A stretch of DNA of 64,000 bases from Tubiluchus corallicola (Eukaryota; Animalia; Priapulida). Both the position numbers and the translations under genes were made by a program. The stretch spans positions 62,001 to 126,000 of the forward strand of contig JAQGDQ010000008.1 of the NCBI GenBank assembly GCA_030141605.1. The letters are read 5' to 3'. Position 1 is the first letter of the stretch. The number at the start of each line of letters is the position of its first letter. Under the pieces are notes generated by a model, which saw only the letters and a program-made list of their open reading frames with translations, had not been told where the DNA came from and ran no database searches. Of this stretch, positions 12,616-27,620 are shown one piece after another.

Positions 12616-14819
12616 ACATACAATACAATACATACATGACATACATACAATTGATTGGAACAAGACTACCAGCTGACAAATACACAAAGAAGACACCTAA
12701 TCACTACTGGTACGGCACATAAGCAAGAGGGAATTAAGTTTGCAAGAATTTCCAAGAAATAACGGATGCTTTGTAGCATGGAACATTTTGATAATTAATG
12801 TGAAAAGCCAAATATCATCGAATCTATCAAATCTACAGAAAAATAATAATAAGACGATTCAAATTAACCATTTAAAAACTAGACTGATCAAACTCAATCA
12901 AACTTTGGTTCTTTTATATGTCTCCCTCAAGGCATACAGACAACTCCTAGATAATTCGAACTAAATTATTTTTGACATCGTTATTTGCATATTTATAAAT
13001 AATTTCGAAAAGCCAGCCAGTTTCAGTTATTTTAAATGTCAATTTGTTAATGAATGCTGTAAACACCGTCGGATTTAATTTTCCGGAATAAGTTTTTTCA
13101 AATACCGTACACTGGAGCTACTTGCAGAGCAATTATGAACTGAAAAACTATGATAAAACTAATTAAAACTAAATTGATTAAGGGCAGAATATAAAACAGA
13201 AGGAAAACGAAGTAGATCAGAAAACAGAACCGAAGGAAACAGAAGAGAACGGGACGCAACAGAAATGACGAAGATGGAGCGGGACAGAACAGAACAGAAT
13301 TAAACAGGGCAATAGTGCACAAAACAGGACAGGCATCCACAATATAATATTCATATCGCATATAACAATATAAAGCAAGATAAAACAGAACAAAGTACGG
13401 GTGCTCTTCAAAACAAAATCTGCCATAACAAACATTTCGCATAATGTTGTTAGAACAAATCCGCAGTTATTATATTTTCGAAGCGAAACTTGACCGAACA
13501 TAGCAAGTTTTGAACTTCAAATTCAAACTTACTCCAAACTTTTTACATTTCTTCTTTTCGGACAAGTTGGCTGATTCGGACGAATTAAATAACCGTTGAT
13601 TCACTCCACCTTTGTGAAGGCTGCGTTACTAACCTTTTATCAACACACGCGGTACTAGTCTGCTGTATCTTTCACACTGCTTTGGACCGCATGTATAGTA
13701 TACACAGGTAGCGAAGCAAGCATCAAGAGATTCAGTGAATTTCTTGAATCTGGACCTTTAACTACCAATGGACGTGTCTACTCCGAATTTGACTGTAAAA
13801 GTTTAGAAAAACTTCAAAAAACAATGCCAAATACAAATGAGATCCGCGATAATATATTTACTAACTGACACACATAAGCATAAACTTTTTTAAAAAAAAC
13901 AATGTCCAGTAATTTACAACTACAATAAAACAAACATTGTTTTACAAGCGTGATTAAGTTGCTAGTATTACCAGGCACGGGTTCGCGTACAATTCAGCTT
14001 AGATGAGATACAATCGAGCATAGGCAAGCGCAACGACAACATTGATTATCAGAATAATTGCTTCTCAGATCTCAGATGTGGTTCACAAAATCGAATTCTG
14101 GAATTATAATGACGCATTTGCCCCTAAGGAGCTTAAAGTTCCAGACTGCGACGTCTTACTGTGTAGCATCTAATTAATTGTAATCCTAGTTTCAAGAATA
14201 TTAAATTTTATTGATGACAAAATAATAAACTCGCAATTATTGAAGTTTTGAAAAGAAAGAGTTTGCATAAGGGGTGCGAAATTAATTATGTGGTTCGTAA
14301 ACGTTCGACTCTCGAGCGCACGTCAAACGCACATTTTTGTATTTTAAAAGAACGGATTTGTTAAAAAAATCTTTCATGGAGTTTATCTTGAAAAGAAAAT
14401 GAGAAAAATGAGTAAGAACCAAATAAAGTTCATTTCAGTAAAAAATCTACAACGTCAGGAAGCAAACTGTCTGTTGGTCACTATTAATTTTTTATAGTAA
14501 CTTTAACGTGAGTAATGAAAAGTAATCTTAATATTGTGGCAAAGCATGCCCAAACACGTCAGAGTAGGAATGGGTCGACGAAATAATGTACTTCATGAGA
14601 TACACCCCAGATACATAGCACCCCACCTAACGCAGACCCACGGGGTCTAGTAGAAATGTCATTCATACTAAATCCATGTTGCCCTTATATTGGAGATGTA
14701 CTAGAGAAAACATTAAACTTTTCGAAAACAATAACCGAAATCTTTTAATACGGCTCACAATGATCAAGCGGAAAGCAATCTAGATATTTTGGATCTTGCG
14801 GACAGAAAAGCAGAGGAGG

Positions 14820-14830
14820 GAAAGAGAGAG

Positions 14831-14878
<48 letters not shown>

Positions 14879-15036
14879 GGCGACAGAGAGAGAGACAGAG
14901 AGAAAGAGAGAGAGAGAGAGACAGACGGACAGAGAGACAGAGACAGAGAGAGACAGACAGATTATTATTATTATTATAATTCTTTATTTAAAATTTAAAA
15001 TTGTACGCATATACAAATATTTACATAAAATACATA

Positions 15037-15085
<49 letters not shown>
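14820..15085. repeat. (GA)n / (GACA)n arrays
   Basis: Direct reading. Confidence 0.9.
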
Positions 15086-15089
<4 letters not shown>

Positions 15090-16564
15090 TGTTATAATTA
15101 TTGATCAACATCAAAATTATTGCTGTTGTTGTTGTTGGTGTCGTCGTCGTCGTTGCTGCTGCTGCTGTTCTTGTGGTTGTCATTGTTTTTTTGTATCGGT
15201 ATTATTATTAAAAATCTGTTTAAGAAATGAAATAAATGGAATAATACAACTAAAGCACCAATAAAAATATGTATACGTGTTATGCAATAACAGAATATTC
15301 GATTGCTTATATGGTTATTCTAATGAGCCGCTAATGAACTCTTTCGTTTACCTGGAAAATTCTGATGCATGTTCTTCGGCTGCTAAGGTCCTTAAATGCT
15401 CCTTTTTATAGTGTAACTTTTCTGCAAACTTCCGCTATTTCTACAGTCGCCCACAAGTGTCACATCACATCTGCCTCTTCCTTGATTCACCGAGTGCGTA
15501 ATAAATCCTGGTATTTTGTTTTGAGAGCGAGTCTCTCTCACAGTTTAGGATCAGGATCCGTCGTTTGACGATGTCGCAATAATTTTGTATTAGCTGACAT
15601 TTGGTAGTTTTATTATTCCTAAGCTAAACCATTTTATTATTTTTATGTCAGTGAAGCCTATAAGACTGCCCACTCAGCAATTCTAGACCACACAGTTATG
15701 AATAAGTTAAAAAGAAATGCACCAATGTGGAATCTTGTCGTAGCTCTGCCCGAATTAATGTGATAATAGAGACTTTAATGGCAGCTTAATTTGACGAGTT
15801 ATATAACTTTTATAGTACGTGCCGACTCTTTCAGTTCAGCTGCCTGTTTTTATTATTACTGGTATAGACCTCTTTTTCTCCTTGCTGAAATTTTCCGTGC
15901 AGCCAGTGAGAACAAACGGCTTTACAACATTTCATATGATTATGTTTTACTCGTCTTGCTGAGATGAATTCGCATTTAAGAATTAATTTGGCAGCAGACT
16001 TACTAATAATGAAATAAAGTTGTAAAGGCAATGAGTTGTGCAAAACAAACAAAGCTAATACAGACATTTAAAATGTTGCATTAACATGAGTACGTAACAT
16101 AATATTTCACCAAAAGGAACAAGTTCAAGCCATTTTACTATGTCCGTGTCGTTTCAGACAAATCGAGCTTCGTAACTGCCCAAAGAATAAAAACTTTAGA
16201 AAAAGTATTTGGTATAATATCATTTTACCGAAGATTCTACTAATTGTCATCCAATTAGAATATGAGTGTCCTTGTACTTATTGTTACAAATGGGCTAAAC
16301 CCCATTTGACAGCAACTAGTGTTATTATAAAAAATCATATTACCCAAAAGTAGAATTCATGCTGTGATGACAACGATTACACCAAAAGTTTCAATTAGGA
16401 TTTTTTGATTGTGGAAGCTTTCTAATTTTTGTGATTCTTCGTCATTAACACGTTACCTTAACCATTTCCTTTGGCAAATAAAACAATTACTGATCAATTA
16501 CTGATCAAACTGATCCATTACAATCACTTTTAAGTCAAGAATAATTTGAACACAGATATGTTTG

Positions 16565-17025
<461 letters not shown>

Positions 17026-17525
17026 TTACTATTTATTTCTGCACAAAAGCCATAAAAACAATTTACAATGACTAAAATTGGAAAAACTAAAACATACTAT
17101 AGAATAATAAGTAAATAAGTAGTAAATTACTATATACAGATAAGTAAATCCTTTCCATTGTCGATGCTCTCCCTCCCTTGCCTCGATTTTGCTTTATTTT
17201 CTTCTTTGTATCTAACTATAATTGCATCTCGAAGTTTCATTTCAATTCCGCCGGAAAAAGAAGTGTCTTCAGTAACAAAATTTGTTCTTGTTACTCGGTA
17301 AAACGCCCCTAATGAATCTAATAAAGCGAACGCATCTACGTCCACATGTTTACCATCTCCAACCATTTCATTTATATTTAAAGTAGAAAAGAGAAACCAC
17401 TTAGGTTCTACAATGCACGTGTCTATATTCAGAATATTTATGGACTTTTGAAAGTTTTAATGAAGACATTTAGAGTCACAACCAGGCAGAACCTATAATT
17501 ATTTGTGTTCTTGTTTTCTTTTCAG

Positions 17526-17592
17526 ATTTGGAAAACGAAATAATGATTATTTTACGGATAATTACAACGACTGGTATTACGACAGGGTTTAA
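17526..17592 (+). CDS. NPF: Neuropeptide F precursor (gene 1), second coding exon: R-F-G-K-R plus C-terminal peptide and stop
   Basis: Polypyrimidine acceptor ttgttttcttttcag. A|TTT GGA AAA CGA completes RPRF-G-KR (amidation donor and dibasic site), then NNDYFTDNYNDWYYDRV-stop. The phase matches the upstream donor across a 10.3 kb intron (7219-17525). Confidence 0.93.
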
Positions 17593-18259
17593 CATTAGTT
17601 GGAACAACTAGATTTGTATATATTATGGTAAGATTTCCATACGCATCAAATCCATACCTTTAATCATTAACAGATTTAAAACAGAATCTCTAATATTTTG
17701 AATAACAGCGCAATATTAACGTTAAGAAAATTATTAAAATTTAAATCTTTGCAAAGTGGGCCGCATTCCGGACTGGAGGCCTCATTCCGAACACATGGTT
17801 GGATTTTCAGATCCTAGGATTCCGAAATTAATGAAAAGGAACAATCCAGCAATTGTGCGTTATGTAATTTTCAATTAGTACCATAGGCACTCATGAATAT
17901 TCAAATGTTTACAAATTGCTACTTTAGTTTTACGTTTTATATCTTGTTCTATAACCTTTATAACGTACGGTAAAATGGCAGTTCTGATACTCAATTTCTT
18001 CTCTTGGCACTTCAAACAGACTAAATTGGTTTAGCTATATCAAGCTTAATTAGATATATTTTCTTCACGATATGGTAAGAAACAAATATTGTAATTGTTC
18101 GAAAATTACTACGCGACGTTACAAACGCTTGTGTGTAAACACCAGAAATTTTAGGTCATTCCCTTAGAATTTTCCAAAGGCAAGGAAGTTTTAAAACAAA
18201 AAGTTAAAATGGTAATGCCGGAAAAAAATCTGCATGTAACGGTTGTTTAACATTTACAA

Positions 18260-18818
18260 TTAGTGCTCTATGTGTCCACCTTTTTCACTGCAAACTAGAC
18301 AAAGGCGTTTCTTCCAACATCTGACCGTTCTTACTTCTTGAACGTGCATTTGGTCCCACCACTCAACAATTTTTACATTTAGTTCCTCTAATCGAATGGC
18401 TCGGTGCGGCCATCATGCACTTTCTCTAGAAATTTCAGATATTGTAATTTATAAGAGTAAGTTCCATTTTTCTTGACAACAAATCTTTATCAAAACTTTA
18501 TTTTCTGTTGTGAAGACCATGATGTGAAAAGGTTGTTTTCTTCTTGATATGCTGCCATTACTGAGCGCGTTAAAAACCTCAACGTGGCTGAATTTCAGTT
18601 GATGATTAGCTGACATTGTTACCACATTTAAGTTTTTAAGATGCGAACGTTTTTCGGCCATAACTTAAAAATTACTAGAAGTATAAACTTGTAACTTTTG
18701 CAATCAAAAGCTAATGAACTGAAATATCAAGCTGCGAAATTTAACTTTGTAAGCACTTGTTTCAAATGCTATTGTAGTCTAAAGGTCGGCACGTTTTTTC
18801 TGCGCCACCCGAATGTTA
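18260..18818 (-). mobile_element. Internally deleted Tc1/mariner-superfamily DNA transposon remnant
   Basis: The minus strand has a transposase-like N-terminus MVFTTENKVLIKICCQEK (ATG at 18520) joined after stops to a C-terminus IRLEELNVKIVEWWDQM...WKKRLCLVCSEKGGHIEH-stop (18260). A TIR-like end gggtggcgcagaaaaaacgtgccg lies near 18810. Confidence 0.72.
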
Positions 18819-19609
18819 TACCTGCTACAGCATGTTATATGTTATATATGCTATTCAGTGTTCTTTAGCATTGACTATAAACTATAGATTATAAATTGTA
18901 GAATAAATGTAATAAAAAATCTACTGTGCATTATTCCTTTCATTTAAAATTTATCACAAATTGGCCACATCAGTATGTAAAACAAAATAGTTGTGATAAC
19001 TTGATACAACTGTGGTGGTTAAAAATCGATCCGATATTAAAATTATAAGTGGCATTAAACCGTAAGACACGCAGTCTGACAATACCGATTCCGCGATCCG
19101 GGATAATTTTGCTCATGATCCGATTTCCCGAAGCTAAAATGAGTCCAGAAATCGAAGCCCTTTTTCTACATATAACTCACAACGCGACGATGCAATTTAT
19201 AACTGCAAGATATCCATATTGCTGGTACGATCTTCTGAATTCAGAAAAGCAATTGTTCTTGGCGGTCAATAAAGCAAGCCAATCTTTCTTGACGTCACAT
19301 CTTCCGGACCACTTCATCTAAGTACCTTTCTAACAATAATTTCGTAGAAGTGCCTGCCAAGTAGTTTATTGAATAACGCGGACGATAGCGCATTTTTGAC
19401 GTTCGGGCAGTGTACATTCCTGAACCGATATGAAAGACCAGCAATGCAGTACATGTTGTAACCATTGAAGTATTTTGTGCATAAAAATGATGTGTAAAAA
19501 CTGATTTTTTCTGAAATCCAAAAACTAGTCATTGAAGTTATTTTTACCAGACATTTTGGGTTTATGTGAATAGCCGAGTGGTTACTTTGTGTGCGCTTAT
19601 GACATAAGA

Positions 19610-19790
19610 TAAGCAACACTAGCAACTAAGCTAAGAATAAATGGGCGACTTTAGGCCTAGCTGAGATATCTCGACCTAGCGGTGACCGACCAACTCAACT
19701 TTGAGGATCTCTTTAGTGATGAGATAGATTCCAGTTCTGCCACAACCATGAAGATTGAGTAGGCCATGAACAATGTGTGCGGGAAATGTG
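19610..19790 (+). mobile_element. Possible decayed SINE (5S-like head plus conserved SINE core-like segment)
   Basis: aagcaacactagc...aataaatgggcgac followed by gaccaactcaactttgaggatctc...gagatagattccag loosely resembles invertebrate SINE head and core motifs. Similar decayed pieces lie near 25030-25190 (-) and 49700-49990. This is resemblance from memory only. Confidence 0.25.
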
Positions 19791-19861
19791 CATTATATTT
19801 TAAACGCCTTGAGTTTGCACTGATTTGTCAACTATAACCCACTTGTGTTTACTTTTTTCAG

Positions 19862-20785
19862 AACCGAAAAAATGGATAATAAAGAGAAAAAGAACTGTCC
19901 AGTATTTTGCATACGATGTGAACATGTCGGTGTTAAAATGTTATAAACGTTAATTCTAGACTAGACATCAAAGAGGAATCAACAAATTAAATGACACGTA
20001 TTTGCGAACTTAGCAAATCTACATTCGTTTATAATCAAATTGCCTTTGTGGAGACTTATTGTATATCTTGTGTTGTAAATTGCAACCAATGGGGCCTGCT
20101 TAATACTGTAAAATACTAAAATTCTACAGGTATCAGTGTTAACATGACGAACAAAGGCGGACGTCGTGAACTTTTGACCGTAGCCGTCCTACACTTTCTG
20201 TGGATTCTCTTCATTTTTTTCAAACAAGTTCGTCATTCAATTGGACCTGATTTTTCTCTCTGAATTGTCAATCTTGTAACAGTGTATATTATATTCACTA
20301 TTTTTATATACTCTGATACTGTCTGAGTTCTGGTATTATAGTTTGCCTGCTGTATTATACTTATTGTTTTACAGGATCTGACACTGGTACAACAGTTTTT
20401 TTTGCAATATTATGCTCACTTTTTTACAACCTCTGATAATGGTACAGCTACTTACGAACACAATAATGCAGCGTAATATTAGTACAATTAAATATTTATT
20501 TGCATAGTTTTACATTATTGTTAAAGGATTGCTTTTGTGATATCTCTGCAGTATGTTAGGCATGTATAACTTGATACCAGCATTAATTTAACTGTAGATG
20601 ACATATTCGATTTTTTTTTATTTGCCAAGCGAAAATGCAGAATGACAAAAGATTGTAGGGAAAAACAAGTCAAGTCTCTCTGCCCGGTGTTTTAGCAGTT
20701 TCAGACCAGTAGATCGAAATATTTAATTTTTATTGTGTTTACTAGTTTGGAATAAAACACTTCCGCAACGTTTGCAAAAATAAAT
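19862..20785 (+). other. Probable non-coding terminal (3' UTR) exon of NPF gene 1; end uncertain
   Basis: A strong donor ATG|gtaaga at 17627/17628 lies 35 nt after the stop, and a strong acceptor gtgtttacttttttcag ends at 19861. AATAAA candidates occur near 19878, 20752 and 20778. Confidence 0.45.
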
Positions 20786-22019
20786 ATCATTATGAGACCA
20801 TATGCTTCTGCAGACTTGCAGAGGCACACAAAATCTTAAGCAATCAATCAGAACTTAAGCAATGTATTGCGTATGGAAGAATTACCCAGTTAACATCCTG
20901 TACTAATGAAGCATTAAAAGCACTCATGTTCGTTAAAAAATTATCATTGTGACAGAAGAAATAAAAATTCGGTGTCTGCAAATCTGATGTGGTTATTTTT
21001 CATTTTTATACAACGCTTAACAAGACTAGTAGCCATTCACGGAGCGGGCTATAGTAAAAATGTTAGAAAATTACTATAGCTCCTGAAAACACAATACTTG
21101 TAACTAATTTCGTTCTGGTGAGGGAGTTATCTGATAACTTTGTTGGACTAGGCGAGATTGTACAGTAGTTAACAGGAAACCAATTTTCTTGTAAAAAATT
21201 TCGAGATAAAAGACCAGAGAAAATGGATTTATTAGTAACTGTTCTGCGAAACAGATGGAAAGCAGCAGCAAAATGACTGCAACCAAGGATGAAGACAGTG
21301 GTATAACCTGTATAAAGCAGGAATATGCAAATGGGAGCAGCGTGAGAATTATGCGCATAGTCACCGTCAGCAGTTCGTCGTCTCCTGTGCTCACTAGATA
21401 CCACGGGCCTTCTCACGAGGCATGAAATAGCATCCAGCAGCTAATATGATACTTGCTATTTCAGCATCATTTAAGAATTTGCCTTATGACAGATGAAATG
21501 GGCCTATAACCGTTTTACCGCTGTTCGTCTATCTATTTGTTGACCGGTACGACATTATATTTAGCTTTTTGGTTGGTAAACATACAACTGTGTGTTTGTG
21601 TCACACACTATTCTTATTTCCTACTTTAGAAAAGGCGGCAAAATGCTTCATTTTCTACGCGGTTATAGAAAAGTCAAAATTTCGAGATTTCAAACATTTC
21701 GACACCTACATCTTACGCTACAAAACAAGAAAAGAACGCAAAAAGCAAATTTACGAATTGCAAATTAAAACAGAGGAGCCTGCCACATTAACTATTAATA
21801 ATGCAAAATAGTTACAGTCAGTATAAATTGCCGTGTCGCTAATAATTAATCTTACGTAAACCTCGTTGCTGTTGCGCCGTTGCAAGAAACCATTGAGGCG
21901 CTTATTGCGTATATCCAGGCATGAAATTGACAGCGTAAATGAAAAGCAGGCAGAAGAATAAAATAGGCCGAGAAAATTAGAAAACAAACCAACAAAGTAG
22001 TGGCTGAAAAAGGAGACGG

Positions 22020-22290
<271 letters not shown>

Positions 22291-23469
22291 GAAGTGAGAG
22301 AGAAAAAAGAATCGAAAATAAAATAACGAAAGTAAGAAATAAAGAAACAAACAAGAAGAAAATTAGAAAGGCTAAAATGATAGGACACAAGAAAAAAGAA
22401 CAAAAAATCTCAGACGGGCAAAATAGAACGCTTTTAATACGAGTAAATAATTTGATATGCAGATACGCTTTACTGGATTCTATGACAAAGAGATCACTTC
22501 CTTCCGCTATTAAAAGAATCAAGTCCTTTGGCTCAGTATTCCGCAATAGGAAGAAGAATCTTCGCAAAATACAAAGAATGGACGCATTACTGAACTGCGA
22601 GTCATCCTAGAAGAGGCGTTTTGCAGTCTATTAATAACACCTCAATGCCAATGCCTTTCGCATCATTTTGGGAATTGGCAACTAGAGATGTAGCCACAAT
22701 TCGAATAATAAATTGTAGGTAATAGCAACCGTGATGCATCATGCGAATCTGCCTAGTAAGTTAAAGGCGCCCTTACGTATAGGTGGCTACAGCAAGATGT
22801 TTACGTAGGGCTATGTTATCACTCTTATCCCCAGAAAGCAATTAAATCAACAGTACTTGATCCAATGACACCAATCTCTTCGAGAAACATTTGTGATCAT
22901 ATCTTCCTCTATTAATGATTATCAAAACTAGGAATACCAGAAAAAAACAAGTGATAAGATAGGCGTTCTTGGCTCAATATTAAATGGTTTTATGGATTTT
23001 TTTATTTACTCCTTTCGGTTTCTTTCGTACAGGGAAGCCGGCCATAAATTCAACAAGTAATAACTATATTGTTACTACAATTAAATATGACTGTATACCA
23101 TGCGGCAGTTTAGTAGTAATAAAGTTCATTACAAGGCAACTGAAAGAAGCGTGAAGCAGAATTCAGGTGAGAAAATTTAACTTTGTCAGCAGGCATCGTC
23201 GGCAGTTATCATATTGTATCAAAACCCGTTCTTCTTTGGATATCGAGGTTTTAATGGGTTCTACACATCCCAAAGACCTTAATTACCTCATTTAATAAAT
23301 TGCGGAGAGCTTGACTGTTAGAGCACCAGGTATAAATGCCAAAAGAGATTTTGATTTGTAGGAGTGCCATGCCACGTGTCCGATTAAGCCTGAAAACCCA
23401 GTGAAACATTTTTAAAAATGTGACAAATTAAACTTACACGCGAATGTTGCAGGTGCAATTCTGCATAAA

Positions 23470-24230
23470 AGAATAGTTTCCAATCATAAGTAATTGGCTG
23501 TCATACCACTAGCACTGCCTGGTAAACAGATATAAGAAAATATTATATTGATACGCAATGGAACAACTTGAGGCGTTTCGCGATATAATGAGTTTTAAGC
23601 GATCTCTGGCTTAGTTAGTTTTTATTCCAAGTGTTTCTGCTTTCAAAATTTCGACTTTCATACTGAAGTCTTCACACGCGACAAACAAATTAGCTTAACT
23701 CAACAGTTTATTTTTATAAAGAAATAAGACAACTAGTGGTACATTGCAGGATTCACAAAGTGCACGATCCCAATGAGCACAGAAAATGTACGATAAAGCA
23801 AGTGTATAAACAAGTACCAATTGTATAAACTACTGATTTTATTATTAGTTATTTGTACACCAGTGATTTATATTGTGTTGGCAAGTCTTTAGAGTCATCA
23901 AAGAGAACCTTATTCATTAGAGACCCTCTCTAATGATTTGCCAACGCAATATATACCATTGGTGTACAAATAACTAAAAATAAAATGAGACATTAGTTCA
24001 TGTTTATAATATTATATGTACTCATTGAGATTGTGTGGTACCTTGGTAAATGCTGCAGACATTGTGTCATTAGCTGGTTTGTTTAAGTTACGAAGCTGAC
24101 CCTCTTGAGTTGAGCTAATTTGTCAAGTCTCTGGTATGAAATTCGAGATTTTAGTAAAATAAAATACTAAACCTTGTATTATCAATTCATAGAAAATCTA
24201 TTTATCTATACAGCCAAGAATAACTATTCT
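23470..24230. mobile_element. Long foldback / palindromic non-autonomous element
   Basis: Nested inverted matches surround a centre near 23910, for example attttattattagttatttgtacaccagtgatttatattgtgttggcaagtc vs gatttgccaacgcaatatataccattggtgtacaaataactaaaaataaaat, aaattagcttaactcaa vs ttgagttgagctaattt, and tttcgactttcatac vs gtatgaaattcgaga. Confidence 0.7.
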
Positions 24231-27200
24231 CATTTACCAAAATGATTTTACTAGAAGGACCAGCAAGAATTAAACTGTATTCACCTTTAAAACTGATCTA
24301 AAGGACGGAAAGTGTCAGCGCAGTCTGCATGACTGCAATTGGAATTATCTGGCAGGGTTTACTCGCATCTTCAATATAGACACTTTCGTCTGACGCTCAC
24401 AGTTCATTAACTCAAGCGACAATTGTTTATCAATGAAAATATCAACGTTCTTCTGCTACTATTAAAAGTGCAACTCGATAATTTAATTATATCGCGAAGT
24501 TTACCATTTTTGTCAACAGAACACTGACAGTTCCTACAAGAGGTTTGTCATAAAGAAGCGTGATGGGTATTTCATAAAGGATAAAAATGCGGCACTGTAC
24601 TATTACATAAGCAATAATAATGCATTACAGCGTTGCTATGTTTGGCGTTTAACTAAAATAGCGTCAAGCATTAAAATCACCTATGCTTTAGTTGATTTAT
24701 CGTATTCAATAAATGTGTCCAGAATTTCAAGAAACACACGACTTATGGTTGGTGAACTACTTCTTAGTTGAGCAAAAGCTCGTTGGCATTTGTTATTGCT
24801 AAAATATGCGTGGACGGCTATAATGACTGTGAAAACACTAATTGGCAATGTTCATTGAGTTCATAAGCGGTCTTCGCGACTGCGATCACTTTTTTGACAG
24901 TTGCAGAGCCTATTTTGCGCGAATGATCGTTGCAACACTGAAACCTGGTTCTTTATCAAGCCTAGCCAATTATAAAATCAGTCACTGCACCAGCAGAGAA
25001 GTCTCAGTCATGCTCGGATGTACTATAGGCATTATACTCTTCCCTCGATGAGATAAGCAACCAGAATGAAACTCCCCAGTGCGAGGATTTAACTCTGCAA
25101 TCACCCATCCATTCATTGTCTAGCCTAAGCATCATCTTAGTTCGTTAGCCAACTACACGCCGTGGTCACTTGGCTATTCTCCACACCTCCACATATGACC
25201 TTGAAAAAGTCCTTACTCCATACTTGTTAGCCATCAATAGAGATGCTTGTTGAGTACAGGGCGCTAAATCTTGATCACACGTACAACTCCGTATTACATT
25301 TGATTACAAACATGTTGGAAGACTGGGTACTTGACAAAAAATTATAACTAAACTGGACCGAAGTGCAGACACACGCTTTGTCGCTTGAACATTTAGTCAG
25401 TGGGGCATTAGTAATTCGTAGACAGATGATAACTTTCGCTAAGCTTACTTACTTACTTACTCACTCACTCACTCACTCAGCTCACTCACTCACTCTATCG
25501 CTCGCTCGCTTGCTTGCTTACTTAAAAATTAATCTGACTGTTTTTATACTCGAGCAGAATATAATCTTGTATGTGCAAAACTTTCACAACACAAAGTGTG
25601 TTGAGCCGGTTAACTCAAACTGTCTATAGCATCTGGCAGCATGTGAAGAAACGTTTCAATAGCTAAAAACTTTGTTGTGCAATGTCATTCTCCTTTCTGT
25701 TTTTGTCTGAATAATGTTGATAAAACACGCAATCATCATAACAGATATGAATCAAATTGCAGCAAAATGACCGCTTATTGCCATGCCCTCTGTAACGAAT
25801 GCCATTCACTCTGGGCGCAGCACTGACATTATTGAAAAATGTGTTCATTTAGTTACTGTACAACAAAAAGTACATGAATATTCCAGGAAGTTTCCTTCCG
25901 TTCTGCAAGTTGGAACAGCAAACAAACATCCAGAATACCAAACCAGGGTAGGCAATTAATTGCTAACATGAGATAATTTGATTTCCTCTTTCTAGAGGAC
26001 AACTTCGCTTTACGAAAGTGCATTAAGCTACATTCGTGTGGAACAGTATTAAAAAGTGGCGTCGTTATTAACGTTATTAGCAATACAGCCAGCCATACAG
26101 TGCATATGTAGCATGGACTCCCAATAATTGTAGATTATTGAAACATTTGTACTGAGAGCAGGAAGAGAAAAAGAGAAGGGGATTTGGGAGAAACGACGTA
26201 ATCAATGAAATTTTTTATAGTATACGAAATATATTTTATCATCTGTTGAATCGTCGTTTAAATACAAAATTTAATTACATGCTGTAAAATGCAAGATCGC
26301 CACCGAGTTCTCTCAGTGTACTACACACAAAGCTCAAAAAAGAATCGTGTGGCTGGTGGCCTCTGAGGGTAGCGTCTACCAAAGAGTGGGGACTGGGTAA
26401 GAAGAGACCTCAAAGTTAATTTTGCATCGGCACATTTTTCTTTTCTCAACTGGTTGTCCCTTGCTAAATCACAAAGCCCCATACTTTCAATTGAAGAAGA
26501 GTTTTTCTTAAACAATAGCACAAAATTAGGTAAGGTGAAAATATTGAAAAGGAAAACATTATTTTTCAAGAATGACTTACGTGAAAGAATTGTTAACACG
26601 AAAGTTTAAATTCACGTTTGCGCCGTTAGTCTTTCGCTGTTACATGCTTTTCGCCACTCCGTAGTTAGATGAACACAGCATCTACATCTCGGAAATGCCT
26701 TGTACAAAAAGTAGGTTTTGTACTACTCACTTCAATTGTGACGTGCACACACTCATGGTGAAATCGCGTGTTGGCACAGTCGTAAGCATAGGATTTAAAT
26801 TTTTAACTTGGAATTTGAGTTGGTGTAGCCTTGGACTCAGTTTTTGCTGTTGCAAACACGTTAACATGTTCGTGGAATTTTTGTGCTATTGCAATATTAT
26901 ATTCACTTGTGACGTCATCACTAACTGTCCTCGCCTGCCGTTAATTAAATTTCTAAATTAATATTTAATTACCAGTAATACTTTGGCATTTTATATGTGC
27001 TAAAATGTATGTTTTCACCATACTTCAAAATGGTGTATGAAATAGGAAATCGTCCTGTTTTTCTAGATATGCCGACACAGGGTAATAGGTTGGCAAGACT
27101 GTGGAAAACTTGTCATCATTTAATAGAGTAATTCGTCTGTGTCTGCATTTCTTAATAAATTTCTGTCTCTTTGTTGCGGCGCGTTCAGATTAACAAGTTT

Positions 27201-27399
27201 TCTCGCCAAGTTAACAAGCCAAGTAACTCGCGCAAGTAACTGCAAATTCTTACCGCAGCCATATGTTTATATATAATATGACTTTCATATTGAATCTATT
27301 GTTGCTGAGATCTTTAGCTATTACATCAATGTAAGTTAAGACTGTCTACCAGGAAGTTTTTTGGGCTCACCGTTAGTATTCATCAAAACAGTGAATGAT

Positions 27400-27620
27400 C
27401 CATGATGATGATGATCTTTCTAATTGCATCAAGAGTGTTAAGGCTCCTTCTAACCGTATGTCCTATCCACATAAGCCGTCTCTTTTTGCCCATGGTTCTT
27501 TGTTGGCTGTTTGATACAAATCTTTGATTAGACATGTTAGTTTGTCATTTGATGAACATCAGTTTTCTACGCTGAAATGCACCCGTTTCTCTCTGTTTTT
27601 GCAGTACTGTTACTACATTA
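27400..27620 (-). mobile_element. RTE-clade LINE 3' fragment
   Basis: The minus frame KKRRLMWIGHTVRR matches the RTE RRLxWxGHxxR motif, and the fragment ends in a (CAT)n tail near 27403-27415. Confidence 0.65.
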
